DNA from: an uncultured Acidimicrobiia bacterium
Lineage (GTDB): Bacteria; Actinomycetota; Acidimicrobiia; IMCC26256; JAENVU01
Length of the DNA stretch: 64,000 nucleotides
Reading direction: 5' to 3'
Assembly (NCBI GenBank): GCA_963847815.1
Contig: CAWKBF010000001.1
Coordinates: 20,773-84,772, forward strand
This document shows positions 11,907 to 21,620 of this stretch, one piece after another. Each line of letters starts with the position of its first letter. Position 1 is the first letter of the stretch. The position numbers and the translations under genes were made by a program. The notes under the pieces are model-generated. The model did no database searches. It saw only the letters and a program-made list of their open reading frames with translations, and was not told where the DNA came from.

Positions 11907-13368
11907 GTGGCGGGGACCGTCATCATCTGCTTCACCGACATCGTCGACTCGACGGCGCTGCAGACGCGCGTCGGTGACGAGGCGATGGACGACGCGTTCC
12001 GCTGCTCCTGCTCCCCGGTCGCGCGCTCGACGCGACCGCAGAGTTCGTTGAAGCCAAGACGGCCGTCGCCGGCGCGTTCGATCGAGCGATTGGCATCGGC
12101 GACGTGGACAGTGCGACCAAGGCGGCGACCGAGTACGGCGGAATGGCCTTCTTCTGGCAGGCGTACGGCGACGAACACGGTCGCGCTCAGCTGCGGGAGG
12201 TGCTCGAGCTGCTCCCGGCGGGAGACTCAGTCGCTCGGGCCCGGGTGCTGGCCCGACTCGGGAACTGGCTCATGAGTGCGCCGGGGGACGAGGGCGCGCG
12301 GGTGGCCCGTGAGGCCTATATCTCACCTGGGTCCGGCCGCTCGCGACGGTGATGCCCCTCGTCACCGGGTTCGCGGCGGGGAGATCCTCGAGCCCATCGA
12401 TCAGTCGCTCGGCCTCCGGGAGATCGCCCCGGATGAGCGCCAGCACGATGCGCACACCATTCGTCGCAAGTTGGACGGCGGTCCGGATGCTCGGCAGGCC
12501 TGCGGTCCCACTCGACTCGAAGATCGCCGCGCGCTCGGCCAGCGCCGGGTCGACTCCCGCGAGATCGCCCAGCGCAATCCGAGCTTCGACCACGCCCAAG
12601 CTGGCCTCGAGTGCCGTAGTCAGACCCTCGGTCGCGCCGAGCGCGACTGCCTCTTCGCTGAAGGCGAGCTGCACGTGCGGATCCAGGTTGCGCGCCATCG
12701 CGGCCACCCCGGTCGCCGCCGCTTGACGCGCCGGTACATCGTCGATTCGCACGGCCATGTCGTATCTGCGCGGCGACTGGCTCGGCGCGACCGAGCATTG
12801 GGACCAGGTCCGGCACGTCGGCGGCGTCATGATCATGCCGTACTTCGGCTATGTCGGCACCGGCGGTGATCTCGACCGTCTGCGGGCGCACTGGGCGGAA
12901 TGGTCGGCGCTCGAACCCGTCTTTCCCGAGTGGACAAAACCGGCCAGCACCGGAGTGATCGCCGAGGCTCTCCGTCGCCTCGACGCCCGCAAGGAGTCCG
13001 CGGAGCTGCTGGCGAAGTACGCGCCGCATGCCGGGACCTACTTCACCAACAGCACGAGCTGGTTCAACGGCCCGTTCGACACCGCGCTCGGCATCCTGGC
13101 CATGACCGTGGGCCAGCTCGACGACGCGGTGATGCACCTCACGAACGCGGTCGGCCGCTGTGACGACATCGAGTCACCGACGTTCGGCACGATCGCCCGC
13201 CTCGAGCTCGCGACCGCGCTGCGCCTCCGAGATGTGCCGGGTGATGCCGAGCGCGCCGCGGCGATGAGTGCCGATGCGCGCCGGCTGGCCGATCAGGTCG
13301 GGATGCCGGGCTGGATCGGGCGCATCGACCGCCTCGAGTCGGGCGACCTCGAACCCTGGCGATTGTGA
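11907..13368 (+). pseudogene. Degraded paralog of the upstream cyclase/ATPase/TPR gene, with the catalytic core and ATPase deleted and the central block inverted
   Basis: GTG 11907 opens a cyclase-like N-terminus (VAGTVIICFTDIVDSTALQTRVGDEAMDDAF). The match ends after about 31 codons. Reading then continues in another frame directly in helical-repeat sequence (GAFDRAIGIGDVDSATKAATEYGG...VLARLGNWL), with no P-loop. The C-terminal part (ORF 12757..13368) parallels the C-terminus of the upstream gene, for example FNGPFDTALGILAMTVGQLDDAV against WTGPSMAEANDLGLGNSAALLGR. Confidence 0.65.
12330..12758 (-). other. Inverted internal segment of the degraded paralog (boundaries approximate)
   Basis: The protein-like frame here is on the minus strand, inside ORF 12270..12836: AVRIDDVPARQAAATGVAAMARNLDPHVQLAFSEEAVALGATEGL...RIVLALIRGDLPEAERLIDGLEDL, which is rich in Ala, Leu, Glu and Asp. 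The open plus-strand frame 12349..12726 is Ser/Arg/Ala-rich shadow sequence. Read on the minus strand, the block is weakly collinear (by eye) with the part of the upstream paralog that lies between the regions matched by the two plus-strand flanks. Confidence 0.55.
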
Positions 13369-13425
13369 GCACCTGACCGGGTATAACTCCGTAGAGAATT
13401 CGGAGACTGAACCCGGGGGGATCCC

Positions 13426-13986
13426 ATGACCACACTCGAGCACCGGCCGAACACCGCACTCATCGTGATCGACGTGCAGAACGGAGTGGTCGCGGGGGCC
13501 GTCGAGCGCGATGCGGTCGTCGGAAGGATCGACGGCTTGGTCGGCAAGGCGCGTGCACAGGACGTTCCCGTCGTCTGGGTCCAGCATTCGGACGAGCAGA
13601 CCGTGATGGACAGCGACGAGTGGCAGATCGTCCCGGAGCTCACGCCGGACGGCGCCGAGCCGATCATCCAGAAGCACTACGGCGACGCGTTCGAGGCCAC
13701 TGATCTCGAGTCGGTGCTCGCCGATCTAGGCGTCGGCCGCCTCGTGGTCACGGGCGCGCAGAGCGACGCATGCGTGCGCTCGACGATCCACGGCGCGTTC
13801 ACCCGCGGCTATGACACGACGCTCGTCAGCGACGCGCACACGACCGAGGACCAGACCGAGTGGGGTGCGCCCCCGCCGGAGCAGGTCATCGCGCACACCA
13901 ACCTGTACTGGCAGTTCCAGGCCGCGCCCGGTCGAACCGCAGAGATCGTCGGGGCCGAGGACGTCGACTTCAGCGGCACATCGTGA
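13426..13986 (+). CDS. Isochorismatase-family cysteine hydrolase
   Basis: This is ORF 13426..13986, with a G-rich RBS upstream. The motifs are ALIVIDVQNG, VVTGAQSDACVRST (catalytic Cys) and K in IIQKHYGDAF. Confidence 0.9.
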   Translation: MTTLEHRPNTALIVIDVQNGVVAGAVERDAVVGRIDGLVGKARAQDVPVVWVQHSDEQTVMDSDEWQIVPELTPDGAEPIIQKHYGDAFEATDLESVLADLGVGRLVVTGAQSDACVRSTIHGAFTRGYDTTLVSDAHTTEDQTEWGAPPPEQVIAHTNLYWQFQAAPGRTAEIVGAEDVDFSGTS

Positions 13987-14076
13987 GTGGCGTGGCCTGA
14001 ATTACCCATCGCCGTCTGGGAGTGAATGGCTCGAACGGCCGATGCCGGGGTGCGGTCATGAGCGCAGGATCAGACC

Positions 14077-15363
14077 ATGACGATCAACGCTCAGCGCCCA
14101 ACCTCATCCGAGACCCGCCTCACCATGGCCGAGATCGACGCGGCCCTGGCCGCCTGGGGGTCGCACGACCGGGACGATCCGTTCCCGTTGTTCGACTACC
14201 TGCGCGAGCAGAGCCCGGTTCACACGATCACCCTGGCCGACGGCCACGACGCCTATCTCGTGCTGGGCTTCGCCGAGGCACGGACCGCGTTGAACGACAC
14301 CCGACTCTCCAAGGACATGCGGGCCGCGTTCGCGATGGGCGGCGAGGTCGTGGCGGAGGGGCTCCCGGGACCGGCGCTGGCGCGCCACATGTTGGCGGTC
14401 GATCCCCCCGATCACTCCCGGCTCCGGCGGTTGGTGGCCTCTGCGTTCTCCGTCTCGCGCATCGACGCGCTGCGCGAGCACATCCAGACGATCGTCGACG
14501 ACCTGCTCGATGCCGTGGCCGAGCAGCCGGCCGGTCCGGTGGACCTGGTGGCGGGACTTGCGTATCCCATGCCGTACACGGTCATCTGTGAGCTGCTCGG
14601 TGTGCCGGAAGGGCAGCGGCGGCCGCTCGGTCGTGCGCTCAGTGGACTGCTGACGCCCGCCTTCACGCCGGCGGACGAGGCACGTGCGCAGCGTTCGTCC
14701 GATGAGCTCCTGCGGATGCTCACCTTGCTCGTCGACACGAAGCGCGACATTCCCGGCAACGACCTCGTCAGCGCGCTGATCGCCGCGCGCGACGGCGAGG
14801 ACCGCCTCGACGAGACGGAGATGCGCTCGACGATCTTCCAGCTGATCGTCGCCGGACATGACACCACGGCGAGTCTCATCGGCAATGCGGTGGTCGCACT
14901 CCTGTCGCACCCGGCCGAGATGGCGCGGCTGCAGGCTGATCCCGACTCGATCGCCGACGCGATCGAAGAGCTGTTGCGCTTCGACGGGCCGGTTCCTCAC
15001 GCCACGTTCCGCTACGCGCGCGAGACGTTCGACCTCGGCGGCGTGACGATCCCGGCAGGCACCCAGGTCATCATCAACCTCGCGGCCGCGAACCGGGATC
15101 CGCGCCAGAACGAAGACCCGGACACGCTCGACCTCGGGCGCACCGACGGTCACCACATCGCGTTCGGTCACGGCATCCACTTCTGCCTCGGCGCGCGGCT
15201 GGCACGCATGGAAGGCCAGATCGCGATCGGGACCTTGGTGCAACGCTTCCCCGAGCTCCGGCTGGCGGTCCCGGTCGAAGACCTCCACTGGGGTCACGGC
15301 GACGGCCTGGTGCTGCGTGGGCTCAACGAGCTCCCCGTCATCCCGGGACCGTCGGCGACATGA
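14077..15363 (+). CDS. Cytochrome P450
   Basis: This is ORF 14077..15363. It has the heme-binding loop FGHGIHFCLGARLAR, the I-helix AGHDTT and the EELLRF (ExxR) motif. The start could instead be the internal ATG at 14125. Confidence 0.9.
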   Translation: MTINAQRPTSSETRLTMAEIDAALAAWGSHDRDDPFPLFDYLREQSPVHTITLADGHDAYLVLGFAEARTALNDTRLSKDMRAAFAMGGEVVAEGLPGPALARHMLAVDPPDHSRLRRLVASAFSVSRIDALREHIQTIVDDLLDAVAEQPAGPVDLVAGLAYPMPYTVICELLGVPEGQRRPLGRALSGLLTPAFTPADEARAQRSSDELLRMLTLLVDTKRDIPGNDLVSALIAARDGEDRLDETEMRSTIFQLIVAGHDTTASLIGNAVVALLSHPAEMARLQADPDSIADAIEELLRFDGPVPHATFRYARETFDLGGVTIPAGTQVIINLAAANRDPRQNEDPDTLDLGRTDGHHIAFGHGIHFCLGARLARMEGQIAIGTLVQRFPELRLAVPVEDLHWGHGDGLVLRGLNELPVIPGPSAT

Positions 15364-15654
15364 TCAGCGGATGGACGTCCTCGACATCTGGGTCAACCTC
15401 GTCACCGATGAACTACATGCGGAAGTGGCCGAACCTGTACCTGTCGTGCACGGCGTGCGCCGCGCTACTTCGACCCGGCACTCGTGAGGTTCATGAACAC
15501 GTCGGCCTACCGGGGTCGGGTGATCTGGGGGAGTGACGAGCCGTGGTTCCCGATGCGTCGTTCTCTCGAGGAGGCTCGCGCGCTACCGCTCGACGAGGAT
15601 GCGATGGCGCTCTTCCTCGGTGGAACCGCCCGTCGGCTCCTCGACCGCTCGTGA
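15360..15654 (+). pseudogene. Remnant of an amidohydrolase-2-type gene; the N- and C-terminal ends are fused, the centre is missing and the frame is shifted
   Basis: The pieces are too short for the ORF track. They read MDVLDIWVNLVT, then MNYMRKWPNLYLSCTA, then in a shifted frame APRYFDPALVRFMNTSAYRGRVIWGSDEPWFPMRRSLEEARALPLDEDAMALFLGGTARRLLDRS-stop (15652-15654). The C-terminal piece resembles the end of amidohydrolase-2 proteins. The assignment is tentative. Confidence 0.45.
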
Positions 15655-15736
15655 ACCCGGTGACGCGCAGGTGTAACGCAGGACGGCGAGACTCTGGCCC
15701 GAGGGGATCGGCCCCTCGGAACGGGAGCCGGGACAG

Positions 15737-17129
15737 ATGGGCACGATCGAGACGGACTACCTGGTCGTGGGAGCCGGCGCGGCCGGGATGGCCTTCACCG
15801 ACGCACTGATCGAAGAGTCCGACGCCGATGTGGTGATGGTCGACCGGAGGCACCGGCCCGGCGGGCACTGGAACGACGCCTATCCGTTCGTCCGGTTGCA
15901 CCAACCGTCTGCGTTCTACGGGGTCAACTCGCGCGTGCTCGGTACCGACTCGATCGACGAGGTCGGTGCGAATGCGGGCTACTACGAGCGCGCGACCGCG
16001 GCGGAGATCTGCAACTACTTCTTCAAGGTGCTGGAGGAGCATCTGCTCCCGTCGGGACAGGTCCGCTTCTTCGGGATGACCGACTACGTCGGCGACGACG
16101 AGGGGGAGTCGCGCTTCGTCTCGCGACTCACCGGCGAAGCGACGACCGTGAAGGTACGGCGGAAGCTGGTCGACGCCACGTACCTCGAGACGTCGATCCC
16201 GTCGACCCACACCGTGCCGTTCGAGGTCGATCCGGACGCGACGTTGATCCCGGTCAACGGACTCGTGGACCGTCTGGATCCCGGCTCCGGCTTCACCGTC
16301 ATCGGCGCGGGCAAGACCGCGATGGACGCGTGCATCTGGTTGCTCGACAACGGTGTGGAGCCGGACGCGATTCGGTGGATCCGCCCACGGGACGCTTGGC
16401 TCCTCGACCGTGCGTGGTCCCAGCCGCTCGGGTTGCTGCCGCTGATGATGGAAAGCGTGTCGAAGAACCTCGAGGCCGCGGCGTTGGCCTCGGATGTCGA
16501 CGACCTCTTCCACCGACTCGAAGCGGCCGGGCAGCTGGTCCGCATCGACCCCAACGTCGAACCGACCATGTACCGCTGCGCGATCGTCAGCCAGGTCGAG
16601 CTGGCGAGCCTGCGTCGGATCACGAACGTGGTGCGGCTCGGTCGGGTGCTGCGAGTCGGCGCGGACGAGATCGAGCTCGAGGAGGGCGTGATCCCGACCG
16701 ATCCCCGGCAGGTCCATGTCGACTGCTCCGCCGCCGGGTTGCGTCTCAGCCCCGCGCGGCCGATCTTCGAACCCGGTCGCATCACGCTGCAGATGGTCCG
16801 ATGGTGCCAGCCGACCTTCAATGCCGCGCTGGTCGGGTACATCGAAGGCTCGCGGGACGACGACGCAGAGAAGAATCGACTCTGCCCGCCGAATCCGTAT
16901 CCGACGGTCGCCGCGGACTGGCTCGCGACCAACGCAATCTCCCAGCGGGCCGGGTTGGAGTGGATGAAGGATCCCGCGCTCGAGCGAGTGGCTGGACCGT
17001 TCACGGCTCAACGCGGCGAAGGGGATCAACGACCACCTCGAGGATCCGCAGATGCTGGCCGCACTCGCTCGCTACGTCGAGCACAGCGAGACGTGTGTCA
17101 GCAACCTGGATCGCCTCGCGGCCCTCTGA
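15737..17129 (+). pseudogene. FAD/NAD(P)-binding oxidoreductase with one +1 frame change near the C-terminus
   Basis: ORF 15737..17341 has two Rossmann-type motifs (DYLVVGAGAAGMAF and FTVIGAGKTAMDA). After WMKDPALE it turns Arg/Pro-rich. The next frame gives WLDRSRLNAAKGINDHLEDPQMLAALARYVEHSETCVSNLDRLAAL-stop at 17127-17129. The shift is near 16987. Confidence 0.75.
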
Positions 17130-17144
17130 CGCGATCGAGCGGGG

Positions 17145-18655
17145 TCAGCGACCCGGTGTCGGTGGCGCGTCACGGACGACCCGACCGGAGCTCCGCGAGG
17201 TGTGCACCGCGGGCGCGGTTGCGCTCGCAGCCGCGGGTTGGAAGGGCTCGATGCACTCGAGGCAGATGTGCGCGATGTCGTCGTAGTCGCGGAGCACCTC
17301 GAAGATGCCGTCACCGGCCGTACCGAACGACCACGGCGTGAGGTCGAGCTTCAGCGGCTCGGATTGGATCCGGCCGTCATGGTTCCAGTCGATCGGCACG
17401 CCGTTGCAGATGCCGGCCGGCTCGGACAGCGCGTTCTCGTCGATCGGCGCGAGCGACCCGTTGGAGTAGATCGATGCGCCGGCGTCCCCACCTTCGCGAC
17501 AGTCGGTGTCGGTACCCGAGAAGAGGTACCGGTAGTTCATGATCGAGTTGTAGTTGGGCTTGAAGTTGGCGTTCTGGTCCCCGCCGTGCTCCAGCCCGAT
17601 GTTGTGGCCGAGCTCGTGCAGGATGATGTTGCTCGTCGGGATCGCGCCGAGGTTGCAGATCCAGATCGAGTCGACCGAGTCCATGCCGGGGCCCCACGCC
17701 TGACCGGTCTCGGGCGAGCCGGGGTTGTGCCGGTGGGGCATGAGCGTGTAGTGGAAGAACCCCTCGCGCTCCGACCGGAAGTTGGCGGCCTTGATGGATC
17801 TGTAGTCATCTCCGGCGACGCCGTCGTGGATGATGCCGTCCGCGTCAGGAACCAGGTTGCCGCCGGTCAGGCCACCGCCCTGGCCGATGTCGGCGATCAG
17901 GTTGATCCCGGTCGTCCCGTCCGGACTCGGCAACGGAACCGCGGCCATCGAGGCCTTCATCTGGTCCATCAGTGCCGGCGAGGGTCGGTGGGAGTGGACG
18001 CCGCAGTCGAGGGCGTCGTCGAACCAGTCGAACTCGACGAGGAGATCCTTCTTCGTCGGCCGCGCGCCGACGTCGTAGAGGTCGAGGCCGGCGCGAGTTC
18101 CCAGCACCTCGTCGCCGTCGCTGAGCCCGTCATTGTCGGAGTCGTGGTTGCCCGCGCTGGTTCCAGTCGTGTGAACGTCGAGGAACGCTCCGGTCCCGGT
18201 CTCGTACGCGTCGGGCAGACGATCACCGTCGCGATCTGCGGTCGACGCGCACACGAAACCATGGCTCTGCGGCGCGCCGAGTGCCGGGACGTTGATCGTG
18301 GTGGACACCGACGCACGGTCCGGTGCCCATGGCTTCCAACGCCGGCTCTTGCGGCCCGCGCTGTCGTAGGCCACGACGGAGATGCGGTACCGGTTGCCGC
18401 CCGAGAGGCCGGACAGCACGCAGGCGGTGCGCGATCCGGGTGCGCGGACCACCTCGTCCCCGTTGACCTCGATACCGTACGACGCGACGTGCTTGCCCCG
18501 GTCGGCCTGGGCCGCGGTCCATCGCAAGGTCACGAGGCGGCCGGTTGCCTTCGCCGTGAGGACGCTGTGCGGGGGAAGCGCGGCGCACACGCTGCGAGCA
18601 GAGATCCGGTCACGACGACGGCCAGAGCGACAGCCGCGATGCGGGTGGTCTTCAC
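17145..18655 (-). pseudogene. Secreted zincin metalloprotease lipoprotein (FN3 + Asp-rich Ca-binding repeat + HExxHxxGxxH) with one frame change behind the signal peptide
   Basis: ORF 17145..18686 contains DSDNDGLSDGDE and HELGHNIGLEHGG. A textbook lipoprotein signal, VKTTRIAAVALAVVVTGSLLAAC (GTG 18655), lies in a different frame. It joins the ORF around 18575-18590, where one base is missing. Confidence 0.8.
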
Positions 18656-18763
18656 TCGGCGCCCCCTCCATGCCCGTGAGCCTCACGATGTGAGGGCCGA
18701 GGGCAGGATCGCACCCGGTGCGGAAGGGAGCAAATGGCGTCCGGCGTGCCGTAGAGTCCGACG

Positions 18764-19555
18764 GTGCAGCGCTTTGCGGGAAAGGTTGCGATCGTCACCG
18801 GGGGCGGCGGCACCATCGGACGGGCGACTGCGCGGCGGCTTGCGTCGGAAGGTGCATCGGTCACCGTCTCAGACCTCGATCGTGAAGCCGCGACGAAGGT
18901 CGTGGCCGAGATCGAAGCTGCGGGTGGCACCGCGCGGGTGCAGACGACGGACGTCACCGATCCCGATGCAGTCGAAGCCATGGTGCGCGACACGGTCGCG
19001 GCGTACGGCGGTCTCGACGTCCTCCACAACAACGCCGCCGCGATCGCGCTCAACGCCAAGGACCAGGACATCGTCACCATGGACATCGCCGTCTGGCGGC
19101 AGGTGCTCGACGTCAACCTGACCGGTCCCATGCTGGGGTGTCGGTTCGCGATCCCCGCGATGCTCGAGCGGGGTGGGGGAGCAATCGTGAACACCGCTTC
19201 GGCTGCCGCGTTCTACGGCTCGAAGTCCCTCGCGGCGTACGGCACGTCGAAGGCGGGAGTCGTCGCGCTCACGCGATCGGTCGCGACCGCATACGGCGAC
19301 CGCGGCATCCGCTGCAACGCCGTCGCGCCGGGAGTCGTCGTCGGCCAGGCTGCGCAGGAGGCTCTCGGCGGCCCGATGGGGGATCGGCTCCGGCGGTACA
19401 CGACCAATCACCTCGTGGGTCGGCTCGGGTACCCGGAGGAGATCGCGGGCGCAGTTGCGTACCTGGCATCCGATGATGCGGCCTTCATCACCGGCGAGAC
19501 CTTGCGGATCGACGGCGGGATGACCGCGCACGGTCCGGCGCGCATCGCCGACTGA
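18764..19555 (+). CDS. Short-chain dehydrogenase/reductase (SDR)
   Basis: This is ORF 18764..19555 with a GTG start. The motifs are TGGGGTIG, NNAA and YGTSK (catalytic Tyr-x3-Lys). Confidence 0.9.
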   Translation: MQRFAGKVAIVTGGGGTIGRATARRLASEGASVTVSDLDREAATKVVAEIEAAGGTARVQTTDVTDPDAVEAMVRDTVAAYGGLDVLHNNAAAIALNAKDQDIVTMDIAVWRQVLDVNLTGPMLGCRFAIPAMLERGGGAIVNTASAAAFYGSKSLAAYGTSKAGVVALTRSVATAYGDRGIRCNAVAPGVVVGQAAQEALGGPMGDRLRRYTTNHLVGRLGYPEEIAGAVAYLASDDAAFITGETLRIDGGMTAHGPARIAD

Positions 19556-19755
19556 CCGGCGCCGGGCGCGCACGAGGTGAACCGATGAGTTCCTCGACGC
19601 GGCTCGGTCTTCTCCACTGACGGCACTCGACCGGGCAGCGTCAGGGGAGCGGCATGGCGGATCAGGACGCGATCGGGACGACTCCGGGAGATGGGTCGCG
19701 GAAACGTGAAAGAACAGGTCAGTCCGTGGCCAGTTTGGAGGCGGATGATGGAGCC

Positions 19756-20766
19756 ATGCAGACCAATCCAGACGCACCAGACGCCATCGTCGCCGAAGGC
19801 CTGATCCGGGAGTTCGACGGACGCCGGGCCGTCGACGCACTCGACCTCCACATCCGCCGGGGTGAGATCTACGGCTTCCTCGGACCCAACGGCGCGGGCA
19901 AGTCCACGACGGTGCGCGTGCTGTGCACGTTGCTCTCGCCGACGGCTGGGAAGGCGCGCGTGGCCGGTTTCGACGTCGGCACGCAGCCGGATCAGGTGCG
20001 GCTCCACATCGGTGTCGCGCTGCAGGAAGCCGCACTCGATCCCAAGCAGACCGGGATCGAGCTCCTCCGACTCCAGGGCCGGCTCTACGGCCTTTCGGGC
20101 ACTGAGATCGATCAACGGCTCGACGAGCTCGGTCGGCTCATCGACATCGGCGACGCGCTCGGCCGCCGGATCGCCACCTACTCCGGCGGGATGAAGCGCC
20201 GGCTCGACCTCGCGGCGGCGCTGGTGCACAACCCCGAGGTCCTCTTCCTCGACGAGCCGACCACCGGGCTCGATCCGGTGAGCCGGGCGACCATGTGGGA
20301 AGAGGTCCGGCGGCTCAACCGCGAGCTGGAGATGACGATCTTCCTCACGACGCAGTACCTCGAGGAGGCCGACGAGCTCGCGGACCGCGTCGGGATCATC
20401 AACGACGGGCGACTCGTTGCGGAAGGCGCGCCCGACGAGCTGAAGCGCAACGTCGGCAACGACCTCATCGTCGCCCGGCTCGACGGAAGTGCACAGGCGG
20501 CACGTGGAGCCGTGGAAGCGGTGGACGGTGTGCAGAGCGTCGAGACGCGCGACGACGAGATGACCGTCACCACGATCGACGGGGCCGCAACGATCGGCGC
20601 GGTCGCGGTCGCGCTCAACACGATCGGGCCGGTGCGTCACCTCACCTTGCGCACGCCCACGCTCGACGACGTCTTCCTCGAGCTGACCGGGAACCACATC
20701 CAGTCCGAGGACCGCCCCGGCCCACGCGAACAGTCCGGACTCGAGAAGGAAGAGGTAGCCCGATGA
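19756..20766 (+). CDS. ABC transporter ATP-binding protein (ABC-2 / DrrA-like exporter)
   Basis: This is ORF 19654..20766 with the start moved to ATG 19756, which has GGAG immediately upstream. It has Walker A GPNGAGKST, the signature YSGGMKRR and Walker B LFLDEPTTGLD. Confidence 0.9.
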   Translation: MQTNPDAPDAIVAEGLIREFDGRRAVDALDLHIRRGEIYGFLGPNGAGKSTTVRVLCTLLSPTAGKARVAGFDVGTQPDQVRLHIGVALQEAALDPKQTGIELLRLQGRLYGLSGTEIDQRLDELGRLIDIGDALGRRIATYSGGMKRRLDLAAALVHNPEVLFLDEPTTGLDPVSRATMWEEVRRLNRELEMTIFLTTQYLEEADELADRVGIINDGRLVAEGAPDELKRNVGNDLIVARLDGSAQAARGAVEAVDGVQSVETRDDEMTVTTIDGAATIGAVAVALNTIGPVRHLTLRTPTLDDVFLELTGNHIQSEDRPGPREQSGLEKEEVAR

Positions 20767-21591
20767 CGGCCATCGACATCTCCACACCAGGTGACGTTCG
20801 TTCTGACACCGCGGCGATCCACGCGCGACCCGCGTCGTTCCTACGCGACATCGCGTCGATTGCCGGTCGCGCCCTGCGCGGCGTCCCGCGAGCTCGAGAC
20901 GGTGATCCCGCCGATCTTCATCGCGCTGTTCTTCTTCGTGGTCAACATCGGGACGCTGCAACGGGTGACCGAGGGCGCGAGCAGCGGGTTCGACATCAAG
21001 GCCTTCATGATGCCGACGGCCATCCTGATCGGGGTGACCGGTGTGTCGCGGGCCGGTGCGCTCGTCCTCGACATCCAGGACGGCTACTTCGACCGGCTGC
21101 TGCTCACACCGGTCAGTCGCTCCGCCATCCTGCTCGGGCACATGGTCGCGGATGTCGCCGTTGCCTTCGCGCTGACGATCCCGATCCTGCTGCTGGGCCT
21201 CGCGCTGGGCGTGCACATCGAGGCCGGTGTGCTCGGTGTGCTTGCGTTCATCCTGCTGGCCGGGCTCTGGAGCCTCGCGTTCGCCGGGTTCGGCTACGCG
21301 ATCGCGCTCAAGACCGGCAACCCGGCGGCGGTCAACTCGGCGTTCCTCCTCTTCTTCCCGTTCCTGTTCATGACCTCCTCGTACGTGCCGCGCAGCCAGC
21401 TCAGCGGCTGGCTCAACACCATCGCGGCGTGGAACCCGGTCACCTATGTGCTCGAGGGGCAACGCTCGCTGGTCAGCAGCGGTTGGAAGTGGGACCAGCT
21501 CGGGAGCGCGTTGCTCGCGGTCGGTGTCGTCGCGCTCATCAGCATGTCGCTCTGCTTCGCAGCACTGCGGGGTCGTACCAAGCGCGGCTAG
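20763..21591 (+). pseudogene. ABC-2 type transporter permease with one +1 frame change near the N-terminus
   Basis: ATG 20763 overlaps the ATPase stop (ATGA). The sequence reads MTAIDISTPGDVRSDTAAIHARPASFLRDIASIAGRALRGV. The frame then changes at CCC 20885-20887 into ORF 20791..21591 (RELETVIPPIFIALFFFVVNIG...), which has multiple TM helices. Confidence 0.8.
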
Positions 21592-21620
21592 CGAGCGCGA
21601 CTTGCGGCCTGGCTGGCACG

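Noticed and set aside
12361-12736. Possible inverted repeats (CCGCCGC...CCGGT) bracketing the inverted block.
   Set aside because: The arms are short (7 + 5 nt), interrupted and GC-only. Such matches are expected by chance in this composition, so I do not claim them as recombination sites.
13377-13416. An interrupted hairpin, CCGGGT-ATAA-CTCCG-TAGAGAATT-CGGAG-ACTGA-ACCCGG, in the AT-richer spacer before the isochorismatase-family gene.
   Set aside because: The structure is real, but it has no T-tract and no resemblance to a riboswitch class I know. It could be a terminator or nothing at all, so I did not call it as a feature.
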